Part shown: positions 25,858-42,504 of the stretch, piece after piece
Layout: each line of letters begins with the position of its first letter
Position numbering within the stretch: the stretch's first letter is position 1
Assembly: GCA_001949185.1 (NCBI GenBank)
Contig: BDGG01000006.1
Span: 102,979-166,978, forward strand
Direction of reading: 5' to 3'
Origin: Ramazzottius varieornatus
Taxonomy: Eukaryota; Animalia; Tardigrada
DNA length: 64,000 bases
The notes under the pieces: model-generated
Databases searched by the model: none
Told to the model about the DNA's origin: nothing
The model's input: only the letters and a program-made list of their open reading frames with translations
Position numbers and translations under genes: made by a program

Positions 25858-26235
25858 ATGTCATCATCAACGAGAGCCGACCAAGGAATAGTCATCAAAT
25901 GCAAGAAGGATAAAGTCAGCCCCACGTCGTCTTCCGGGTCCAGCGGCAAGGCTCCAACTTATACTTTACAAAAAGCCGCCCGGATGGCAGCTCGTGTCAA
26001 CCATCGTTGGGTCCGTATTGCCTCAGTCTTGGCTTATTTAGTGGCCATTTCTTCCGCCGGCGTTGTCCTGGCTCTGTACTATATCTTCTTCTACAATCCC
26101 TACGCCAGCCTCCAGCTGACGAACCCTCACGACGAAGCCCCCAAAGTTTTCCAGCCTGGAGATCGTCACATTCGTTCGGCAGAGGATCTAACTGCAGCTC
26201 CAAATTCACCACCGTATACATATACATCTCAGTAA
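25858..26235 (+). CDS. InaF-motif (TRP-channel-interacting helix) small single-pass membrane protein
   Basis: Single-exon 125-aa ORF containing RWVRIASVLAYLVAISSAGVVLALYYIFFYNP, the InaF/INAFM motif (WVRxxTVxAYxxxVSxAAxxLAxYY). A splice acceptor lies just upstream (~25847). Confidence 0.85.
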   Translation: MSSSTRADQGIVIKCKKDKVSPTSSSGSSGKAPTYTLQKAARMAARVNHRWVRIASVLAYLVAISSAGVVLALYYIFFYNPYASLQLTNPHDEAPKVFQPGDRHIRSAEDLTAAPNSPPYTYTSQ

Positions 26236-28306
26236 ATTTGTCCGCTCCCACATTCCATGACCTTTTAATTCAATGGACTGGATGCTCAGTGCAGTATTGT
26301 CGTCGATCGCGGGCAACTCTTCATCCTCACGGCCCTTGGTCCTTTGAGATTAACGATACGTCATGTAGTAATTGTGTTAGCTTGTAAGAGTGCAATATTG
26401 TACAGTAAGTAATAATTGATGAGCGAAGGACCGCTTCTCAGGATCAGCCGTGCTCAATGCGGGGAATTTGTGCGCTAGTATTGCGGACGTGGCGAACTTG
26501 CTTTAAACGCCAGGTAAACAACGCCTGCGTACCCGATAGTTTAGCGTCACGTTTTTTGGACGTAGCAAATCGATGTCGACGGAGGGACTGGAAGGCAGGG
26601 CGCCCTCTACGTCTGCCAGGCTTTTCTTCCACGCACCCGTATAGTGCCATACATATGTTGTACAGAGGCTGTACTGGTAAGCCGTGCCGCTGCTACTGCT
26701 GCTGAGAGGAAAGGGCGGGTACCATGTTAGACTGATGGGCAGCGAGCGGATGCATCCATTCCATCCAGGCTAGATTTGGGGGGAGCGAAGGAAAGGCATT
26801 GTGAAAAAAGGAGAGCTGGGTCGCACGCTTGCATTTATTGATCGATGTCAGCCGCTAGCGTTGACTGCTGCCTTTCCCGACGGAGGCTTCTGCCTTGTTA
26901 CATCCTGACTCGATTGTCAAGCTTACAGTTGTAGGTTCCTTGTCGGTAAGAGGAGCTGGCTGGGTTGGCTCCTTCCTTTGCTTACTCCATCCGTACGCAG
27001 TTGGCACCCATGCATCTTCGGGAGTAAATCACGACAGAACGCGACAAATTAAGCTGTCTCGTTATTCTTCCTTAGTTGGACCTTCCTCTTGGCCATTGCC
27101 TGTACAAGATTGTCGTTGCGACTTCACTGTGATTGCCACTTCAGCGACAGCCATATTGCCTCTGTTGGTCAACAGCCTACTTGCGCTCTCCCCTGGCCTT
27201 CGCACCGACCATTCTCTCCACCTCCTCGTTGTTTCCTGTTACAGTCATACCTTGCGCTGGAACCGTCTGTGACTGATGCCAACACCATCCTGACCATCGT
27301 GCACTCCAACTGTGACCAACAAGTTTCCCCTGCGACATCTTCGCGGATTTACGGAGCAATTCTCACCTGCCACCGCGTTTCCATCATCCAGCTGCTAGCT
27401 GAAACCATTCCATCCAGCTGCACTGTTCTAGGTAAGGAATGCCTCTTAGCTATCCTAGAAACTACTGAACTGTGTGGGTCGACCATGAAACGAAACACTC
27501 AAAGAACCTAATAAGGGTCTTGCTGCGCGAAAAACGTTCACTACTTGAAAAGATGTTTGGAAGAATCGTCGTCAAAAAGAGGATCGAGGCCTTTGGAGGA
27601 CGTGAGGCTGCTGCTTGGGCTGTTTAGCTGGTCGCAGTATCGGCGATCTGACTTCCGGCAGCGCTTTGACTTCAGGCCAGTCGGCTGACGTGACGCTTTC
27701 ATGCGCTGTCTGTTCACAGAAAGAATTATCGTTGGCAAATCAACAGCTATTTACTTGCAGGAGGCAGTTCTCTTTTTTCCATGACATTGAGCTGATAGAA
27801 GATTATAGCGATGACGCTGCGGAGATGTACTAGCATGGCCGTCCTTTGAGGATAATGGTCCAAGTGCGCCATAGCGTGACAAGCTTGTCATATCGCTCGT
27901 TGCCTGCGGCCAGATATTAATGAAACAGATGCCCGCCTGATCAAAGGAAAGCTTCCTGTAATCTTCTTCCTGGATATTTGCAATTATCAAGGCTGGCTGC
28001 TGCCTCCTGTGTAATTATTCCTAGCCTTCGCCCATCGCCTGGTGAGGCAGGTTCTTGTTACAAAGTGCGAAACTAACCATTGCTAATTTCATTTCCTGGT
28101 TGACGCGGATCAACAGGCCCAATCCTACATTGGCACACACTTTTTGCCAGCTGAACTTGCTGCATTGTTAGAAGAGACTTGATGAGTTTCGACCACCCCA
28201 AAATAGCCAGCGCCACGCCTTACCGGCAGAAAGGTACAGGAGGAAGCCCGCTATAGGTTCGATTACTGCCAACTGCTTTTTCCTTGGTATATCTCTGTAG
28301 GGCTCA

Positions 28307-28342
28307 TCCTTCCTTCCTTCCTTCCTTCCTTCCGTCCTTCCT
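28307..28342 (+). repeat. (TCCT)n microsatellite
   Basis: tccttccttccttccttccttccttccgtccttcct read directly. Confidence 0.9.
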
Positions 28343-29042
28343 GTGCTGCCTGTCCTTTGACAGGCGATTGTGTGGTGCAAGGGCCCGGGAGGAAGAGGAA
28401 GAGTGGCGTATGCAGCAATATGCATGGCTGCTTGTGTTTGCTCAGTGTTTTGAGGCTTGAGCGGCGGCTGAAAGGCGCCATCAAAGCGTGGCAAGTCCAG
28501 GACAAACACTAAACCCAAAAGTAGAAAGCTGTGATGCCATGGGACGAGATATGCCATGTGACGCAACGAACCAGTCCGCTGCCTTCGTCAATCGATCGGG
28601 CCCAGCTGCCCTTCCTTCTTCCTTGCCGGCAGAGGTCCATGACTGAGCACCATACATAACCACCATGGATGCATGATCGATTAAGGTTTATGATAAATGC
28701 ACTGGCAATTTGAACAGATCGACAGGAATTACATCTAACAACTTACCAATAAGGGCTCTGCACCTCTCAGATCGCATTTCCTTCCTTCTGGCCAATTCAT
28801 ACTTTACATTATGCACCACGACAAATGCTACCCAGAAGAGACATCCAATGCTCTTTTGCTCCATCGAGTAAATATTCTTCCATACAAGAAGGTTTAGGAT
28901 CAATTACTACGTGCTACGATCCTCATGCCCTCCCCCTTTCCAATATATTCCTGACTGAAACAGGTCGACTTAAGAAAGTATGAGAGTTGTATTTGACATG
29001 CAGGTACTAACGCACTATTTGATTTAAAGGCAACGACAAGGA

Positions 29043-31294
<2,252 letters not shown>

Positions 31295-34200
31295 GGACAT
31301 CGTCATGGCAAAACTACTTGCCGCTATCATCTACATGGGTATAGAAGATATCTTCTGTTTCTCCCTTCGTTCTCCCCTACTCTTGTTATCTTCTCGTCGA
31401 CGTCGCTATTTTAAAAGCCTTGTTCGTCATCGTTGCCATTTAGCTCTATTCTCCTTCGTTCGACACTTTGTCAGTGTGCTGGATGAGTTACCCGCTGGTA
31501 CTTCGAAGCTTTTCTGTCTTAATTGCGCTTCTTTCATGCTCTAGCAATCGCTGTTTGTACCTGTGACAATAGACTGAATTCCTGTACCTAGACTTTTCCT
31601 TCTTCACTATGACATCTACAGTCCCTTAATTACCGTGATTTGTTGTACTCTATATAAATCTCGGACGGCTTCCATCCTCTTTTGTCTTCTCCCGTCTTGG
31701 CCTCTGTTTGTATCTTGTAATGCTGCTTATCCAAAGCACCCTACCTGTGGGAATTTGTCAAACCTTCCGGCGAGGTCGCAGGCAATATTCCGCAACAGAT
31801 AAGCCAGATGAATGTCTTTTGGAACTGTGCTAACGGTGGTCAATATGGGTTTTCTACGTGACAACTTGTAACTTCTCCTATAAGTGCCCACCTCACTCGG
31901 AATATCCACACCGAGAAATGGACTGCAAGTTGGCTTGCTTTTGTTCAATATCCTGGAGGACAAGAGTACTACAGTCATTTGCGCAATGCAATATGTACAG
32001 CGCCGTTTTCTGTTGAGCAATTATCGGTGTTTTTGTTGAATAGGGCGGACAAGTGCGCAGTTTACGACCAAGTAAAAGCGCCATGAAGGGCTGCATACAT
32101 TGAAGACTATGGTGCGTGCTGTATTTGATATTTGCGCAAGCCGTTAATTAAATGGAGCGGCTGCGACTTTTTCCAGGGGCTCTTCAACGGTGATGGTCAG
32201 GCATTACCTGGCCGACGTCGTAGCCTCTTTGCTGCCCGATAAAGATAGTCTTTACTTATCATTATCAATGCCACATCCCCTTCTTTACAGCCATCTGTTT
32301 TCCTTCTTCGACCCCAAAGTCGCAAAGTTATTCACTTGAACACTGGCCAAACAGGTTTTCCTTTTGACAATCAATGTAAACTGTCATGTCTGACTAATAA
32401 TGCATCATCGCAAACATTGCTATATGCACAATATTCATATCTTACCCGCAGGTTCTTACTTGTATGTCGGTATACGGCACTCGTATATGTAGCTAGAGAC
32501 GCTGTGAAGCGCGCGCGCCACTTTCCAGAACAATAACCTTTAGACGCCAACCTGTCTAGTTCTCCACCTGCCGTCCTTAAAAACCACCATGCAAACAATC
32601 ATCGCTAGCATTGAACGGCTCTGCTACTCTTCCTCCCTGAGTCCCTTTGTCGAGCCTTATTATGCCCTTTAGTCGACCTCTACGGTCGCCGCAAGACTTA
32701 CTGCCAACAGCGACCTTGGGATGGGGGACTCGACATATTCCCTAGAGAGAATCTTTTCATTGCATTTACAGAATCTTGCTTGCTAGCCCAGGCACATGTT
32801 GAGTGGGGGTAGATTTTGAGGACCTGAGAACTGTGAAAAAGAGGAATGCTAGGTGGCGCCGAACAAGTTGCGCTTTGTAAGCTGGCAATTAAATTCCCCT
32901 GTGGCGATCCACTCGCTACATGACGTCCTTCCTGCTAAACATGATCGGTTGGTCGATGCCGTGTATTCCTGCCTGAATGTTTATGGCTGGCAGTTCGTGG
33001 CCATTGCTTTTCCGATACAGTATAACGCTGGAAAGTCCAATGCTGTCTGTTGGGAAAGTTGTACGAGTTATATAGTGGTGACGCTAGTGCCGAATTGCGA
33101 CCGTACGAAGAAGGCGTTAACGCGTTGCTTCCATCTCCTTTCTTTCTTGGCGACTATACACTCCGTTCTGTCTACTCTACTGTGGCGCACTGGTATAGCG
33201 CGTGGATATGGCTGATGCGATCGCTCCTGACAGTTGTGCTTGGCGCTAACCAAGGGTAAACTTCCACCGGAATATCGCAGTACATAACGGACGTCAGATC
33301 TCATCCACCGCTTGGCGTACTGGCAACGTACAATCCCCCATCAGCCCCTATATTTCCACTATTAGCTCTTTCATAATCCCTATGTTGCTATTTTGTCTAG
33401 CAGCGCCGTGCTTCTTGTGGAGAAACTTCAGAGATCCCATTGTTCATCCAAAATCTTCTCTGGATTACTACCTATCTTGTATGGTTTGAATTTGTCGATC
33501 GACGGGCTGTACCTGTAATGGAATAGTCAATTCAATATTAAAGCTAAGGGCAGTTGCACCATGTGGACGGGGTTTTGGAACAGCCACTTGCTCCACTGAG
33601 CTTCCCTCTACTGTGCCACATAAGACTAGCAGGTTGGATTAACCTCGGGGATTTTGGTGCTAACTAGGAAGCGGAATACTTGATAGTTTATGTCGGAGTG
33701 GGCAGCGGAGAACCGCGAGGTAAGCGAGGAAAAATAGCTTGTCTGTCGCCTATAGGCCAACTTTGGCAGAATACGCTAGCCTTTGTCTCGTGTATTTCTC
33801 CCTCTGCACAGACGACCTTCTCCTTCTCTCCGGCGGACTGATATTCTTCAAGACGAACAGCTGTCTCCCTTCTTTCCGTCTTCCACTTCTGCCACGACGG
33901 AAGGAAATAATGATGAATGTAGAGCATTGAGGGCTAGTTATGGTCTATGAGGAGAGGCAGAACGGGCACGACCAGCGGTCAAGATAAGAAAGCACAGGCT
34001 CTGCTTAGTCAGGCAAGAAAGCCATCAGCTTTGGCGCACGCACTTTACGGCCATTTTCAATCATTTGCTGTACTTTTTCTCTCTTTGCGACAGAAGAGAA
34101 AGTAGTGATGGAGGATTGGCATCAGATTTAGGAGCAAAGCCATGCAGCTAGCATATGCCTGACTGCCTGCAAATTGCCTATTGCCTTCCCTACAGGCTTC

Positions 34201-34882
34201 AAGTCGAGCCCTGTCTGTAAGCCCCCTTTGTCCCCCAACTTTTGCCTTCTCTCCTTCCTCCTTGACGCCTTGCACTACAGCCATGAATAAATCTAATACT
34301 TTTTCCTTTCACTCCCGATAGGCTTCACTGCCTTTTGTAAGACAAAGAACCGCTATTTGGTAAAGAACCCTCAAGAGGATAAGAAATTAAAATTTCACAG
34401 CGCCTGTGCCCTTTCATCTGACCGTAGAAAGAAGCCGAAAGTACAAGCAAACTTTGATCGTAGAAAAAGGGGTAGTCTGGTCAGTTGATTTTGCTGACCA
34501 CCCGGCTAATTCTTTAGACGGATTTTTACGTTTTCACTTCTTTCAATTTCGTCTGATTTTTGGCAACCAACGCTCAGCTTTCTTTATGTGTACCGTACTG
34601 TTAAGGCTTCCAAAAGCAACATCGCAAGTAGAACGAAGAAGAACGGGGTGGTGTTCGCCTGGGAGGAAATGATGCCTCCTTTTTCGCGATCTGTTGTCAG
34701 TTTTTCGTCGAGGCAGGAAACTTGTCAACTTATAATTATTCATCCTTAACCTTCTTTCTTTCCTTTGCAGGCAAACGCAAGGAAAAGAGTTAGTTGACGG
34801 GGTTGTCGTTCCAGCGGTTGAAGATACCAACGAAGTGGAACAAAGAAGGAAGGATGCTGCATATCAACAATGGCTATGAATT

Positions 34883-37800
34883 ATGGTCCCTCGTAAACTG
34901 CAGCGCTTCAACGGTAATCATTTCGGAGACCCTATAGCTATAAGCACCTCGACAGTGTAAACTTTTGCAAATTGTCGTGCCTAGAAATAGGACGGACTGA
35001 TATATTGTTTATTTGAGCATTTTCTGTTTTTGTGTGCTGTACACATTCCGATCTGTATCACATATGTACACATACTGTAGTTTTCTCTTCAGGGCTGAAT
35101 GACGGTAAGGACTACCCGAGCCTCGATTTTCCTTTCCTCTGTGGATTATCGCCGGAAGTGGCGACTTGTACGCTTCCGCTCATCGTGATTTGATCCTCCT
35201 TCCCCTTGCCGTCGTCTGGACTATTTTTCCCTTTCTCTTCTTCGTGGTACGTTGGTTCATTGGACTGAGTAGAGGCAATTAACATCAGAGTGGTAAATTC
35301 AATTGCGCACTTAACACGTTGCGATTGATTAGAGCTGCAAGACCTTCCGCTAATTGGTCTTTTCAAAACTGAGATAATGGGCGGATGACGACAATTGAAT
35401 TTATCGTACGCTAATTAATATTTCTTTTGCTTTGTTTTTGCAGGAACCTGGGGGGTAAGGGTTGAACCCTTTGGAGTAGTGTCGGAACTATGCAAGAACA
35501 AGCCGGTTTGATGAACGCCAACATGAAGTACTATCAGCCTCAACATCAAACCTACACCACTAGCACGCAAGGTAATGCTTCTTATTTCAAAATTCGCCAC
35601 TATCCGACGAGTTCCTCCCAGAAAAGAGATATAAAATACATGACCTGGGGGTGAAAAACGCATTGCGAAAATCTGATAAATATACAAATAGCTGAAAGCT
35701 TTCATACTGCCTTTCTGGTCTTGGCGATGTTGGGTCTAGTCGCAATCCTAACTTCAAGCTTCTTTTCGTTGGGTTTAGTGGAGAATGATCGAAGTTTAAG
35801 TGACGTAATCACAAGACTGCTCAACGCTCTTTTACTTAGGATAGGAGCTAACTTGGTAGCCAGGGATGTTTGAACGAGGGCGTTGATACAACTCATTCCG
35901 ACATATTGCCTCGACGAGTTTCTTGCGGCGCTTAGAATAATCATAGAGGATGGATACATCCATTAGTCAGCCTCAACTTTGACCTCTCCTCTAAATAAAA
36001 CCATCCATGTTGAACAGTTTTTGTGAGCGACCTTACTTAAGGGGATATCTTGGATTGCAGGAGCACGCAATAGTGGGGGACAGGGAAGCTCCGGCGGAAG
36101 AAGTATGGGCAGCACGGCAGACATGTCGGTGCAGGAAGCCTTTGCCGGAAGTAGCTGGCCTTCGTCTTCCAGTGCCTACGCCGTCCTCCAGCCAGATGCC
36201 AACAGCTCCATGCTACCTCATTCCTCGCTGACCACACTGTACAACAACCCTTCCGACAGTCACTCCATGGCCTTTTATGCCAACCAGCACCGTTCACCAT
36301 CGGCCAGCCTGAAGAACCCTGCCTATGCTACCACACCCTACATCAACGGCATGACATCCACCAACGCCTATTATCCTTCCGCACAGCTGGTACGTTTCCA
36401 AAAATGGTTTGCTAATACCCATCGAGTTTTCGCATTGGAGAACCTTGAAAAGTGATACCGGTATGGTCTGTAGATGGGAAATGGACTGCAAGATGGCAGC
36501 TTGCACGGTGGAATGAACACAGCGGACAATTCCGCTGGCCTTTATGCCAACTCGTATCAAACGAACGTCAGCAAGCCAGATAAACGAAACTCTGGCATGT
36601 ATTATGGTAAGTCTGAGCCACTTCATACCAGCCAGAATAAGTTGGAAATGTACAGGAACATGGCACTATGGGAAGTAGCCGAGTTATACTCGATTCTCTG
36701 ACTAATTTGCAGATGGTCGAAATGGAGGAGCTGGCAGTGTGACCGACGACTCGTGGCGAACCCCGACAAGTTACGGCGTTTGGCCTTCCCAAAACGGCAT
36801 GCAAGGCGGTGGGTATTACAAGAATGAGGCCTCACCAGCTAGCCTTTCCATATCGCCCATATCCGTCGGCGACCCTCAAGTTCAGGAGCGCTACAGCACT
36901 TTACAGCTCCCTTCCATCCCCTCCTTCGTTGCCACTGACCCTTACGGCAATCCTTCGGCCGGTGACGCCTTGGGCATTGGTCGGGCACTCAACGTTCTTA
37001 GCGCTGCTGACGTACGTTTATCCTTCCTTTCTTGCTTCATTCTTCCTCTTTTACTATATATCAACAAGATGGAGTGTGCCACCTTCATCTTACAGGGCTA
37101 TCCCGACACGGACCTTTCATGTACTGCCATAAACCGCCTGCCACACGACAACAGCCTATGGAATAGCTCTTCCATGCACATGAACCCGGAAGATGCCAAT
37201 AACACCATGATGAATCTCGAAGGCAGCATGCTGACCAATTTGATGAATATGCAGACACCTCGTTCAACCAATAGCGGTAGGCACACACCAGCCTTTGCTC
37301 ATAGCCTGGCCAGGTCAGCTGCAATATAGTAGTTGCTTATGTGTCATTTCCACAGGAAATGCTTACAAAGGGCAGCCTCCTTACGTCAAGCCATCGCGTA
37401 GCCGAGCCACAACAGCCCTGCCTTCTAATGTCAACGCCGCTCAGCCATGGAACTCTTCCCTTACTCCATCCGGCCTAGAACCTGACTCGGGTGTCCCTTA
37501 CGGTGAGATTATACTGTTAACTTACTTGCCCTCAAAAGCCAAATGTCTGATGGCTTCTGTCCTACAGACTTCAACACGGATGGAACGAGGCTTTCTACCA
37601 GCTCGGAAACTATCGAGTCTTCGCTTGACTCCAAAAAGGTTTTAACGGAGTCGCCACTCAGCGTCAACTCATCCTGTACCACTTCCGCCGGCGAAGCAAA
37701 ACCATCGCGTGGCGGTGGCAAACGCAATCGCAGAGAAAAGTCGACGTAAGTCAACCTGCTTTAGCATTTACTTGTCCGTATACGTATGATCAAGTTGGTC

Positions 37801-38544
37801 AACAACTACAGGGAATCATTGGAGCATGATCCCAACGAGACACCTGAACAGCGGCAGCAGAGAGAGAAAGAGCGACGTTTTGCCAACAACAGCCGCGAAA
37901 GGTAATTGTGTCGTGGTACTGCCCAGTTTTTGGAGTATTATAGAGCCGGAGAGTGCCAAAGCAGTTTCTGGATGCTCTACGTGCCCTTGCTGGCTGATAT
38001 ACGGGAAAGTGCCAAGCGGAATATGCTGATGGTTATTTGTTGCAGGGTTCGCGTAAAGGATATCAATGAGGCTTTCAAAGAGTTGGGTCGGATGTGTGTT
38101 CTGCACGCCAAGCAGGACAAGAGTCAAACCAAGCTGGGCATCCTGCACTGCGCCGTCGACGTCATCACGCAGCTGGAGTCGCAAGTACGTGAGAAGAATC
38201 TCAACCCCAAGAATCTCAACCTGAAGCGGCGCGAAGAAGACAAGGCCGAACTGGCTCAGCAGCCGCTGCAGCTGTCTTCCCTCAATGCCCGCAACCGCAG
38301 CAGTCCCTGCAGTACGCCCATGAGCACTCTCTCCTCACAAATTAACCAAATGGCTTCTCCGGCCAACCTCTTTGCCCAAATGAACTCTCAGTCCACTATG
38401 GCTCTCTCCTCCCTCTCCCCGCCCAACCAAAGTCCAGCTTTCCCACGACAACAGTATCAGCAACAGCAGAATCCCTTTCAGTGTGGAAATCTGTCCATGT
38501 CACAACAGCCACCGTCACAACGACCTCCTGATCATGAACAATGA
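34883..38544 (+). CDS. da: Class I bHLH E protein (daughterless / TCF3-4-12 family)
   Basis: b[72 protein letters not shown]. Exons from 36061 onward are well supported. The start at 34883 ([10 protein letters not shown]) via a 12-nt micro-exon at 35093-35104 is tentative. Confidence 0.88.
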
Positions 38545-39790
38545 GCCTCCTATATCTTCTCGACTTCAAACCGTAACCATTTTTTAGATAAACAAGTTGT
38601 CTCTGCCATACGACGGGAAGAACGATCTGCAGCGACCCCTACTTATAAACGCTTCTCCACGATCACCCTCCTAGCGATCTCTACTTTCTTCTCCAGGATC
38701 TGCATCTGACTGCTGCTCTCATCGTTCACATGAACAGCGAGCAACTGTCGCCCAAGAGCTCCACATTCTGCAGCATACCTCAGCGTTCTTCTCTTTTTAT
38801 ACAGAATTCTTTGTATCCTCTTCATTTTTATCTGTTCAGTTCTACCTGGTTCACGTCTCATTTCCTAAATGCTTAATGTGGTCATCTCATCACGTTGATT
38901 TTCAATTTTGCTTCTGTCTTACCATTTATTTCTACAGTACAGCAGGCGCGATGTGCCGGAGCGTCGCAAACGGGCTGCTTCAGCCAAGAAAGTTTTGGAA
39001 CCTCGTGCCTTTTCTACGTTTCAATTATAAGCGGCCAACGATCATAAAGAACGCCACTACCTGGGGACCTTTCAACTGCATCAAACGTTGCGTAACATCC
39101 TCTCGACACCATGGGCGAACTCGTTTTCGTATTGGTTCACATGTACAGAAGTACAGTAAGTTAGTTGCCTATGGCGTCACTGCGAAACAGCCTGTGGAAC
39201 CGCCATTCGCCAAAACGGCGCGAGTTCAAGCTAGGTGGCGACTCTAAATCCGCAGACACTCACTGCAGCATCTGTGTCCGACATGTATCACTTATCTTAC
39301 AGGCGAAAGGGCGAAAGCACATGCTTTTCTTTTGTTCTCCCTGACCAAAGGATTAATCCAGTCGGCCTTCTCTAGCAGCCCTTCCATGCCCCATCTGAAG
39401 TAACCAGTCGTTCCTTTCTCTGCCGACGAGGAAGACGGCAAGTCGAAAGGTTGTATCGAAAATATTACAGAGGACCGTTATCATGTCTGCCGTACGGCGT
39501 ACGTACTATCGAAGGCAGGCGTAACGGCGCATTCCGAGATGACTCAGCTTGCAATCTCGTGCAGCGCCTTCCTTGTCAGCTGCTCAACCTTCTACTATCT
39601 CGTTTGCTTATCATTATCCATCGACGCCATGAGGCGTAGTCATTGTGAATATGCAATGAAGTTTCCGTGGACACTGAGCCAAGTTCTTGCAAATTCGGGC
39701 AGGGAAAAACGATGCTTGTCCGACTATTCAATCCACTGAGTTCCGGCGGGTCCTTGTTATTGAGTATTCCAGCGAGCTTACCCAGACGAG

Positions 39791-40962
39791 ATGGCGCAGG
39801 CTTTGTTCGCACTGATTCCCCTGTTCGTGAATCTCCTTTCCTTCCTCGTGCACGCTAAAATACGGCCGTATAACTCGCTTGACATCGCAACAGAACCATC
39901 TTATCACTCATGGAAGGAGATAGCAGAATGGGATTACCTTTTATTCGTCCAAAGATGGCCACCATCCGTTTGTGCAGACGAAGACGACCAAACTCTCCAA
40001 CATATCCATCCGGCCAAGAGAAATTCGAGAAAATTACCCCGGGATGGAGTAAAATGCGCTATCCCTCCCGTCGTGTCACGCAACGTGAGTATAAACAAAC
40101 TGCTATAATGTTGGAAAAATGAGAACCTCACACTCGCGTCAGACATAGCAATGGTAGTTTTACCTGTCACTACGCGCATTTGAAAAAAAAGTGCGCGAAT
40201 AACGAATGCCTGCTTCAGACTTGTCAAGCCAGTGTATGACGTCATTGATTTCGCCAAAATGACTAATCTTTCGGGTCCAATCGTGACGACCTGACGGAAG
40301 TCGGAATGCTTTACGAAAACCATCAGTCGGAAATCTAGGCGAGCTGGCGTCACTTCCGTGTTGAAATATTCCTCTATTTCTTTTAGACTTGGGTGATGCA
40401 CGGAGTTTGGCCAACCAAGAACGGAACTGAAGGACCGGTCAACTGTCAGAAAAATGCCACTTTCATCATCAAGCCACTCGATCCAATCTTGGATGATTTA
40501 CGGGCCTTCTGGCCCAACTTGGAAGCTGATACAGCCGAAGACAGCTTCTGGAAGCATGAGTGGCTGAAGCATGGAACCTGTGCCCAAAGCCTACCTTCCT
40601 TGTCCGGGGAGTACAACTATTTCAACATGGCTCTCCACATCCGCAACAGCAAGTATAATTTGTATCAAGCCTTGGCCGACAAAGGAATTGTTCCCAGCAC
40701 GACCAAGCACTCTTCTCACGCTGATTTTGTACAAGCTTTGAAAGAGACTTATGGCAAAAGTGTCCAAGTATGGTGTGCTTACAGCAAAGCCACCAAGCTC
40801 CATTACATCACCGAGATTCGCATTTGTCTGACCAAAGATTTCCAAATGATGGACTGTCCATTTTCTCCATCTAATTTAAGCTATTCTCAGACCAGTCCCT
40901 GTCCTAAACGCATACCTCTCCAGTATGCTCCCTCTAATGACACTCGCACCTTTATCGAGTAA
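39791..40962 (+). CDS. RNASET2: Secreted/lysosomal ribonuclease T2
   Basis: Hydrophobic signal peptide, WDYLLFVQRWPPSVC, CAS I WVMHGVWP and CAS II FWKHEWLKHGTC. Two exons, intron approx. 40085-40387. Confidence 0.93.
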
Positions 40963-42504
40963 AATGGCCTTCGTACCATTACGCAAAGCATAAATCGATT
41001 TTCCCTGTCTACTACCACTGCTCCACAATGGACCGAAATGATCCGAACAAACATACAGCTAACCAGACTACTTTACCGCAATATTCAACTCACCCAACCA
41101 GTCCTCCCTGCCTGCTGAATCATCAGGAAACAGGACGAGAACCTTCGGGTCCCACTCCACATGTAACCGTACCCACACACAACAAGCTTCTCCCAGACAT
41201 CTCACTGATATCCCTTCGGACCACAAAACAACCATATTCCACAACTACTCACGCGAAAACTAAAGCTCAAACCAACTACTCATCAGACAGCACGAACAGC
41301 ATTCAACGTACCACAATCACGTACGAACTCAACCCAACTGAGTCACACCACAAATGAATGAACTCGCAGTCCCATCTTTTGATCTTTTCGCCATAGACTC
41401 ACGCCTCCCACAGTTTTCCCAATTTAAGAGCTTAGAATGCTAGAACAGCTTTCTACGATGACTCAAACGGTCTATGATTCATTCTAAGCTACGCTGGAAG
41501 GCCAGCCTTTTGGGCGGAGCTCTTGCAGAATGTCAGATTTCCAAACGACGAGCCATACTTACTACCGTCTCGTACTCTTGCGTGGACAACGACTAGGGCT
41601 CTAGGAACCTGGGACAAAATTTTTCTCAGAGTTTGAGGAGGCCACTACAAAAGCACGACGAACGCTGGCTAAAACGTAGAAGGGACTCGACTGAAGAATG
41701 AAAACTGAAAAGCCAGTTGCCAGCATGCACGCTCTCAGTGGCGGCCAATGGGCAATGGCCGCCGCTGCCTACGTACGATCTCGTATCTCTTTGAACGTGA
41801 TACTGTCAACCAACCAAAACACATCGGAATTGCCTTCTCCTACTCTTGGTGGAGAAATGGGTCGTGGATTGGGCAGTGGCCAGTGGGAGGGGGTACGTAC
41901 GTTGGTTGCGTAGTGCACCCACGGCGACGGACGATCCAGCCTAGGCTTCGTTTTCGCGCGCGTCTTGACGGCCATTTTGAGGGATTATTTCAGGACACTT
42001 CGTGTGATTGGCAATTGAGATCCCATGCCACGTTTGACAGGATACTTGTCACTTGAAACTGAGCTCAGCCAGAGAAACTGTGGCTCAACCATCAATATTT
42101 GCCAACTGTCTCGGACATCTGCCACCGAGCCTGACGGTGGACACAAAGGAAACAAGAAGATTCAACACGTTTCCTTCAATTCAACGAAGTGACGTCCATA
42201 TTTCATCATCACCTCCAGAAAATATCATTCGAGATTCTGCAGAATCCCATCTCCACAGCTCCCTCGCGAGAATCACCGAGACCACAATGCGCTTAGGCAA
42301 TCTCAAGGATTTTCTCATTTGTTTTTCGCTTACTATTAAATGTTAAAGTTGTGAAGATCGCCCTTGTATATTAATAGATAACGAAGCAGCACAGCGAGTG
42401 CTGCAGCCCTACGCTTCTGCATACAGTACACGTGTATGAATAAAAATAACAGGCTGTGCAGACTACGAGGTGCCATCGTTAGAATGATGGTGATTGAAAT
42501 CAGG

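Noticed and set aside
32853-33520. Hydrophobic fragments (FVAIAFPIQY, FHLLSFLATIHSV) resembling a decayed GPCR
   Set aside because: Motifs are too short, with no DRY/NPxxY equivalent and no consistent exon chain.
41028-42346. Short ORFs between RNASET2 and ZC3H14
   Set aside because: No recognisable domain or splice-consistent model. Likely UTR or decayed sequence.
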